64,000 nucleotides of DNA from Eledone cirrhosa. Taxonomy: Eukaryota. The stretch is from NCBI GenBank assembly GCA_964016885.1, contig OZ024742.1, positions 17,856,001 through 17,920,000 of the forward strand. Direction: 5' to 3'. A program made the translations under genes and the position numbers. This document shows, piece by piece, positions 57,058-64,000 of this stretch; positions within the stretch are counted from its first letter, which is position 1, and each line of letters opens with the position of its first letter. The notes below the pieces were generated by a model. The model saw only the letters and a list, made by a program, of their open reading frames with translations. It was not told the origin of the DNA and ran no database searches.

Positions 57058-57361
57058 ATGGTGGCTGCCAACTCGTTTTCGAGTACGGCCACTACTTTAT
57101 ATCCATGTAGGAGAACTCCTACCGATGCGCTGAACAAGTGTGACTTTTTAGTCCAGCCAGTGACTTGAAAACTCTGGTACAAACACTACATTGTGACAAT
57201 TATTGACACATAGTGCTGAGTCCATGGAACCATGTGACGACAAGTGCAGAGAAAACATGGATATAAAGTAGTGGCCGTACTCGAAAACGAGTTTTCAGCC
57301 ACCATGTATGTATGCAGGTCGGAAGAATATATATATATACATATATATATACACACACACA

Positions 57362-57487
<126 letters not shown>

Positions 57488-57502
57488 CATATATATTATG
57501 TA

Positions 57503-58090
57503 GGGTCACCAGTTGGTGCTACTGGTAACATGTATCCCAGTACAACCTGTCTCATGGTCGGGTCGTTGGCGACTAAACTGGCAAACCTACCAAGGTTTCT
57601 TGGTGAGGAGGGTGACTTTGGACATCCTGCAGGACTAAAAACAAAACCTGTCAAAGGACAAAGGAGCTCTTAAGAGTCAATGGCCATCCAAAATCACCGG
57701 GAGAGATGGCCCCTTAGCCTTTGTCAAAGCAGAATTCTAGGAGAAGGAAAACTCTGATATAACACCTGCAACCCTGATGGTATCCGATGTTGTTGCCTTG
57801 TTCTTCTTTTTGGTAAATATCATCTTGGTTAAGAGAGTGGGACTGGCTTTGTGCAGTGCCTTTGATCACTATAAAAGCTTCACGGCACAGGCATTGCTTT
57901 ATATCTGGAGATCTCTCTGCACTTGTCGTCACATGGTACCATGGGCCCAGCACTATGTGTCAATAATTGTCACAAGTGTAGTGTTTGTATCAGAGTTTTC
58001 AAGTCGCTGGCTGGACTAAAAAGTCACACTTGTTCAGCGCATCGGTAGGGGTTCTCCTACATGGATATAAAGTAGTGGCCGTACTCGAAA
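57503..58090 (+). mobile_element. Bipartite non-autonomous RTE derivative (5' UTR fused to the 3' end)
   Basis: RTE 5'-UTR-like motif GGAGAAGGAAAACTCTGAT; 57833-57897 resembles 58107-58172; joined directly to the last zinc finger and 3' stem-loop. Confidence 0.68.
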
Positions 58091-58097
58091 AGCTACT

Positions 58098-58205
58098 GTC
58101 GCTCAGAGAGTGGGATTGGCTCAGTGCACAGTCTTTCCTCACTTTAAAAATATTCGTCACGCACAGGCATTGCACGAGTGCATTAATATTATTAATAGTG
58201 TACTA

Positions 58206-58236
<31 letters not shown>

Positions 58237-61200
58237 TATTATTACCTTTTTCCAATTCAATGATGTTCCAGAACAATATAAAAGAGATAATTGGCAATTT
58301 AGGTTCTGGAACAAAAAAGATCATTGGCAATAAGGACAGGGGCCCCAGGTTATCACAGCCTGGGCCCGCTCGTCATCGTGGCATTGTAATAGAGCCAAAC
58401 AAGGCATTTAGTCTTGGCTGCTGGAACGTACGGATGCTGCTTGACAGGGATTCCTTGGAGCGTCCTGAACGAAGGACCGCTCTTGTTGCAAAGGAGCTTC
58501 GACGTTACGATCTTGACATCGTGGCTTTATCTGAGACGAGGTTAGCTGGAGATGGTCATCTTACGGAATTTTGTGGAGAATATACATTCTTCTGGAAAGG
58601 AAGAGATGAAGGAACCAGAAGAGAGGCTGGGGTGTGATTTGCTGTTAAGACTGTACTTGTGAACAAATTAGAAGAATTCCCAGTAGGGATTAGTGAGCGT
58701 CTTATGTCCATGAGAGTTCCGCTGGACAAGGGAAGATTTGCTACCCTGGTGAGTGTGTATGCTCCAGCTATGAGTTCTGTCGATGAGGAAAAGGTGTCCT
58801 TTTACCATGCCTTGAAAGGTGTTTTAAGAAATATCCCTCTGGCAGACAAAGTCATCGTGCTTGGTGACTTTAATGCTAGAGTGGGTAGGGATTTTAACAC
58901 ATGGAATGTAATTGGAAGGCATGGGGTGGGAAAGTGTAACAGCAATGGTATGCTCCTGCTGCAGATGTGTGAGGAGCTAGATCTGTGTGTTACCAACACC
59001 ATGTTCCAACAAAAGAACAAATTCAAGACCACATGGATGCATCCTGCATCTAAGGAATGGCATCTTTTGGACTACGTCCTAGTCAGGGTGCGTGACAGAC
59101 AGGATGTGCAGTGTGTTCGTGTTCTTCGTGGAGCTGAGTGCTGGACGGACCACCATCTGGTACGCGCAAAAGTGAAACTAATCACTAAACGTAAAATCCG
59201 GGCTCCTGGTGTTGCCCTGCCCAAAAGATTGAATGCTGCTCGTCTTAAGGATAAAAATGTGAAGAGGACATTGGAAGAAGAGATGCAGGCTGCAGATCTT
59301 GGTGAGGATTGGCCGACCCTTAAAAAGTCGGTTTATGATGTAGGCAGGCGTGTTCTGGGATTGGCGCAGAGGAAACATCAGGACTGGTTTAATGAGAATG
59401 ATGTACATATAGAAGACTTGTTGGCTGATAAGAGGCGTGCTCTGTCACGCTACTTGACGGCAAAACCACAGGAGAGGAATACGTTGCATGAGGAACTCAG
59501 GGATTTAAAATCACGTGTTAGGCGGAGTCTTTCTCAGATGAAGGATCAGTGGTGGAGTGAGAAGGCTGGTGAGATACAAACTGCGTCTGATTCCAATAAC
59601 ACAAAGCTGTTGTACAGTCTCTTGCGTGATGTTTATGGACCGTTTTCTTCTCTGGTGACACCGCTTCGCAGCAAGGATGGCAAAGAACTTCTTCGTGACT
59701 CACAAAGAATTCTACGAATGTGGCGAGAGCACTTTGATGATCTTTTGAATCAGCCGTCTGTCGTCAGTGAAGATTTCCTCAATCTCATTCCAGAAAGTCC
59801 TGTGAAAGTAGCCCTCGCAGAACCTCCAACGCTTGTGGAGGTTGCAGTGGCTATTTCGAAGCTGAACAGTGGAAGATCTCCAGGTAAGGATGGCATACAT
59901 GCTGAGCTCCTACAATATGGTGGTGAGAGACTCCTGCAACATCTTCACTCTTTGTTTGGCAGGATATGGGCTAATGAATCCGTACCTGAGGACTGGAGAG
60001 ATGCAGTAATGGTGGTCTTGTACAAGGGAAAGGATAACAGGAATGATTGTGGGAACTACAGAGGTATATCATTGCTTTCTGTCGTAGGGAAAGTTTTATG
60101 TAGGGTGCTTCTGGACCGACTGCTGACACACATTGCAGATTGTGTTCTTCCTGAAAGTCAATCTGGTTTTCGTGCTGGACGCGGCACTACTGATATGATC
60201 TTCTCAGCTAGACAGCTCCAGGAGAAGTGCATGGAACAAGGCTTGGATCTGTATCAGGTTTTTGTCGATCTGACAAAAGCTTTCGATACTGTTAACAGAG
60301 ATGCATTATGGAAGGTTCTCCAGAAGCTTGGTTGCCCTGATAAGTTCCTTGCTTTGGTTAGGACTTTCCATGACGACATGAAGGCTTGGGTTAATGTCGG
60401 GGGTAACATGTCGGAGCCTATCTCAGTAAAAAATGGAGTGAAACAGGGGGATATTCCAGCACTGACCCTGTTTGCCATATACTTTGCAATGGTTTTCTGT
60501 ATTGCATTCAGGAATTGTGAGCATGGTGTTTACATCCGATATTGAACCTCAGGCAGCATATTTAACATCAGGCGCTTTGCTTCAAAAGCAAAAGTGTTTA
60601 CATAAATCATAAGAGACCTCTTGCATGAAGATGATTGCGATCTTGTAGCGCACACAGAGAGTGATATGCAGCACATTTTGAATGCATTTTCTGACGCTTG
60701 CACTGCCCTAGGTCTGACTGTCAGTCTCAAGAAAACCGTCGTCAATTACCAACCTGCCCCTGGTAAGCAGTACACTGATCCAAACATCTATGTGTATGGC
60801 AAACATCTATGCGTATGGCAAACGACTTGGAGTGGTTGATCAGTTTGTCTACCTGGGAAGCACTGTCAATCGATACAGCAACCTTGACAGTGAAATCTCA
60901 CTTAGGATTAGGAAAGCAAGTGATGCTTTCGGAAAGCTAGAAAGGCGACTCTGGGGTCGGCGAGACATATGCAGGAGGACAAAGGTAAAGGTTTACAGGG
61001 CATGTGTGCTCTCTTGTCTTCTTTATGCCTGCGAGACCTGGGTCACATATCAACACCACCTTAAGCAATTGGAGCGTTTCCATCAGATGTGTCTCAGCCG
61101 GAACCATGGCGTTCACTGGAGGGACCACATCAGTGATGTCGAGATTTTGGAAAGCTCTATGTGTGACAGTATAGAAGCTCTTGTGCTTAAACAACGACTC

Positions 61201-62011
61201 CGTTGGAGTGGTCCTTGCCAGGATGAAGGATTCTAGAATACCAAAACAACTCTTTTATGGAGAGTTGGTTAAAGGAAAACGACCGCCACATAAACCAAAA
61301 AAGAGGTATAAGGATTCCTTGAAAGCCTCTCTGAAAGACGCTAACATCTCTGCTGATACATGGGAGAATATTGCTGCTGATCGTAATAAATGGAGAAAGA
61401 CTGTATATGAGGGAAAAGTTGCTTTTGAGGCATCTCAAATCGCATACGAGAAAGTAAAGCGGGATGTGAGGAAGGGCATTGCTGTTGCACTTCCAGACGG
61501 CGAGGGTCCTCCTATGGTGCTGACATGCAGCGTCTGTGCGAGACTCTGCCTAAGCAAAGCTGGACTCGAAAGTCATCTTCGCAGTCATAAAGTAAGACCA
61601 GTGGTTGACTACCAGGCTGCTGTTGGGGATGCTACTCATCATGCTTGCCAAGCATGTGGTAGAGAATGTAAATCAGCAGGAGGGCTCAAGCGACATGCAA
61701 AAGTACACGAACTCCAACCACAGCCGACTATTCCCAATAAATGGTTTGGATGCCGACTCTGTGCAAGACATTTTAGATCATTGGCTGGGCTAAAAAGCCA
61801 CATTCGATCGCAGCGCTGTTAGTTGCTATCGTGTGTGTGTGTGTGTGTAGATATGCTTATGTGTGTGCGTGTGTGTATATATATATGTATATGTATATTA
61901 TTATTGTTGTTGTCGTTATTATTATTGTTGTTATTATTATTATTATTATTATTGTTATTAATGTATGTGTGTGTATATGTGTGTGAGTATGTGCATGTGT
62001 GTGTGTATATG

Positions 62012-62042
<31 letters not shown>

Positions 62043-62148
62043 CTTTTTTTTCTTTTTTTTTTCTTTTTATTTATTTATTATTATTTTTTTTTATTTTTTT
62101 TTATTTCTCGTGCAATGGCCATACTCGATAACGAGGGGGCAGCCATCA
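58098..62148 (+). mobile_element. RTE-clade LINE, near full-length, inactive
   Basis: Single APE-RT ORF, microsatellite-rich 3' UTR, terminus GCCATACTCGATAACGAGGGGGCAGCCATCAT followed by (TA)n. Confidence 0.92.
58260..61822 (+). pseudogene. RTE ORF (APE + RT + three C-terminal C2H2-type fingers) with stops and frameshifts
   Basis: CWNVR, ALSETRL, GDFNARVG, TDHHLV; NYRGISLLS, FVDLTKAFDTV, GVKQG; YADD reads HEDD; stops at 58635, 60543 and ~60603; a 19-bp duplication at ~60781-60823 shifts the frame. Confidence 0.92.
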
Positions 62149-62592
62149 TATATATATGTATATATGTATGTATATATATATGTATATATATATATGTATA
62201 TATGTATGTATATATATATGTATATATATATATGTATATGTATATATATGTATATATATATATATGTATATATATATATGTATATATATGTATATATGTA
62301 TATATATGTATATATATGTATATATATATGTGTGTGTGTATATATATATGTATATATATATATGTATATGTGTATGTATATATATATGTATAAGTATGTA
62401 TATAAGTATGTATATAAATATATGTATATATGTATATATGTATATATGTATATAAGTATGTATATAAATATATGTATATATATGTATATATATATAAGTA
62501 TGTATATAAATATATGTATATATATGTATATATATGTATATATATGTATATATGTGTATACATATGTGTATATATATATGTATATATATATG

Positions 62593-62627
<35 letters not shown>

Positions 62628-62650
62628 GTATATATATTTATATATATATG

Positions 62651-62697
<47 letters not shown>

Positions 62698-62705
62698 GTA
62701 TAAGT
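62149..62705. repeat. (TA/TG)n microsatellite
   Basis: Read directly. Confidence 0.95.
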
Positions 62706-62706
62706 A

Positions 62707-63482
62707 TAATATAAGATCAAAAGATGGTTAAAGGAGTTCCATGTATTTTATTATGCGCATTTCAAAAACAAACATCATCATGCAATAATATTTGTGTTTT
62801 CATCAGATAAAACAGGAGAACATGATATGAAGGCTAAAAAACACTTGTGGATAGTGCAGTTTTAAATCAACATATGAAAAGTGGTTTTAGATTGATATTG
62901 GGAAAAATATTTTATTTAGAGAGTGGGGGGGTGGAAAGGATGAAAAAGGGGAGGAGATGAGAGGGAGAGATGGGTGATAGAGAGAAAGAGATAGTTTTTA
63001 TAACTGAGAGAAGATATATTGTTTTACATAGAGAGGTTGAAAACCGTTGGAAGATAATGTATAAATTAAAAGAATTTGAAAATCTTTCCCTTCGTTAATT
63101 TTCAAATTCTTTTAATTTATACATTATCTTCCAACGGTTTTCAACCTCTCTATGTAAAACAATATATCTTCTCTCAGTTATAAAAACTATCTCTTTCTCC
63201 CTATCACCCATCTCTCTCTCTCATCTCCTCCCCTTTTTCATCCTTTCCACCCCCCCCCTCTCTAAATAAAATATTTTTCCCAATATCACACATCAATCTA
63301 AAACCACTTTTCATATGTTGATTTAAAACTGCACTATCCACAAGTGTTTTTTAGCCTTCATATCATGTTCTCCTGTTTTATCTGATGAAAACACAAATAT
63401 TATTGCATGATGATGTTTGTTTTTGAAATGCGCATAATAAAATACATGGAACTCCTTTAACCATCTTTTGATCTTATATTAT
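62707..63482. repeat. ~775-bp palindrome of a pLTR-like element with intact hammerheads (62744-62814 -, 63374-63444 +)
   Basis: Arms meet across a spacer at ~63083-63097; TGTTTTAT-CTGATGA-AAACACAAATATTAT..ATGATGTTTGTTTTT-GAAA-TGCGCA-TA-ATAAAATA. Confidence 0.85.
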
Positions 63483-63577
63483 GTATACGCCAGTCCTACA
63501 AACTGTAGAGTGCTTCTTATCCGATATCTGCATTGCTTTATTGTACTACAATAAAACTCACCTCCTACATTATGTAT

Positions 63578-63580
63578 AAG

Positions 63581-63632
<52 letters not shown>

Positions 63633-63894
63633 TATGTATATTTATGTATATATATATGTATATATATATATAAGTATATTTAAGTATATATATGTGTATA
63701 GATATATATATGTATATTTATGTATATATATACATATATATATGTATATGTGTATGTATATATATATGTATGTATGTGTATGTATGTATATATGTATGTG
63801 TATGTATATGTATATGTATATGTATATATATGTATGTGTATATATATATGTATATATATGTATATATGTATGTATATGTATGTATATATATATG

Positions 63895-63951
<57 letters not shown>

Positions 63952-64000
63952 ATGTATGTGCATGTATATATATATATATATGTATATATATATGTGTATG
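63578..64000. repeat. (TA/TG)n microsatellite
   Basis: Read directly. Confidence 0.95.

Noticed and set aside
61181-61822. Host C2H2 zinc-finger transcription factor gene
   Set aside because: Continuous with the RTE ORF C-terminus and lacks TGEKP linkers.

Overview
Repeat-dominated, AT-rich animal genomic DNA, probably cephalopod (Octopus-like); this is inferred only from the SINE and microsatellite landscape. I recognise no host protein-coding gene. The window is a mosaic of microsatellites and transposable elements: (1) three L1/Tx1-clade LINEs stacked head-to-tail at (GATA)n tracts (7.67-20.5 kb); (2) several Penelope-like elements (PLEs; RT + GIY-YIG), one with an uninterrupted 647-aa ORF and a 1.07-kb inverted repeat (26.1-30.8 kb); (3) a circularly permuted Helitron RepHel region with a 187-bp terminal redundancy (30.9-35.1 kb), plus a 615-bp non-autonomous Helitron; (4) R4/Dong-like and CRE-like fragments, a near full-length RTE LINE ending in three C2H2-type fingers, and a bipartite RTE derivative; (5) many tRNA-derived SINEs and MITEs. 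The strongest hidden signal is about 25 type I hammerhead-ribozyme-like motifs (CUGANGA...GAAA, mostly with a palindromic stem III) from about 13 sequence families. They lie mostly in short non-coding, often palindromic or tandem elements in (TA)n tracts, and include a 545-bp tandem array and a 322-bp terminally redundant unit that look like retrozyme/circRNA templates. All structures were read by eye; no folding or database search was run, and boundaries are approximate.
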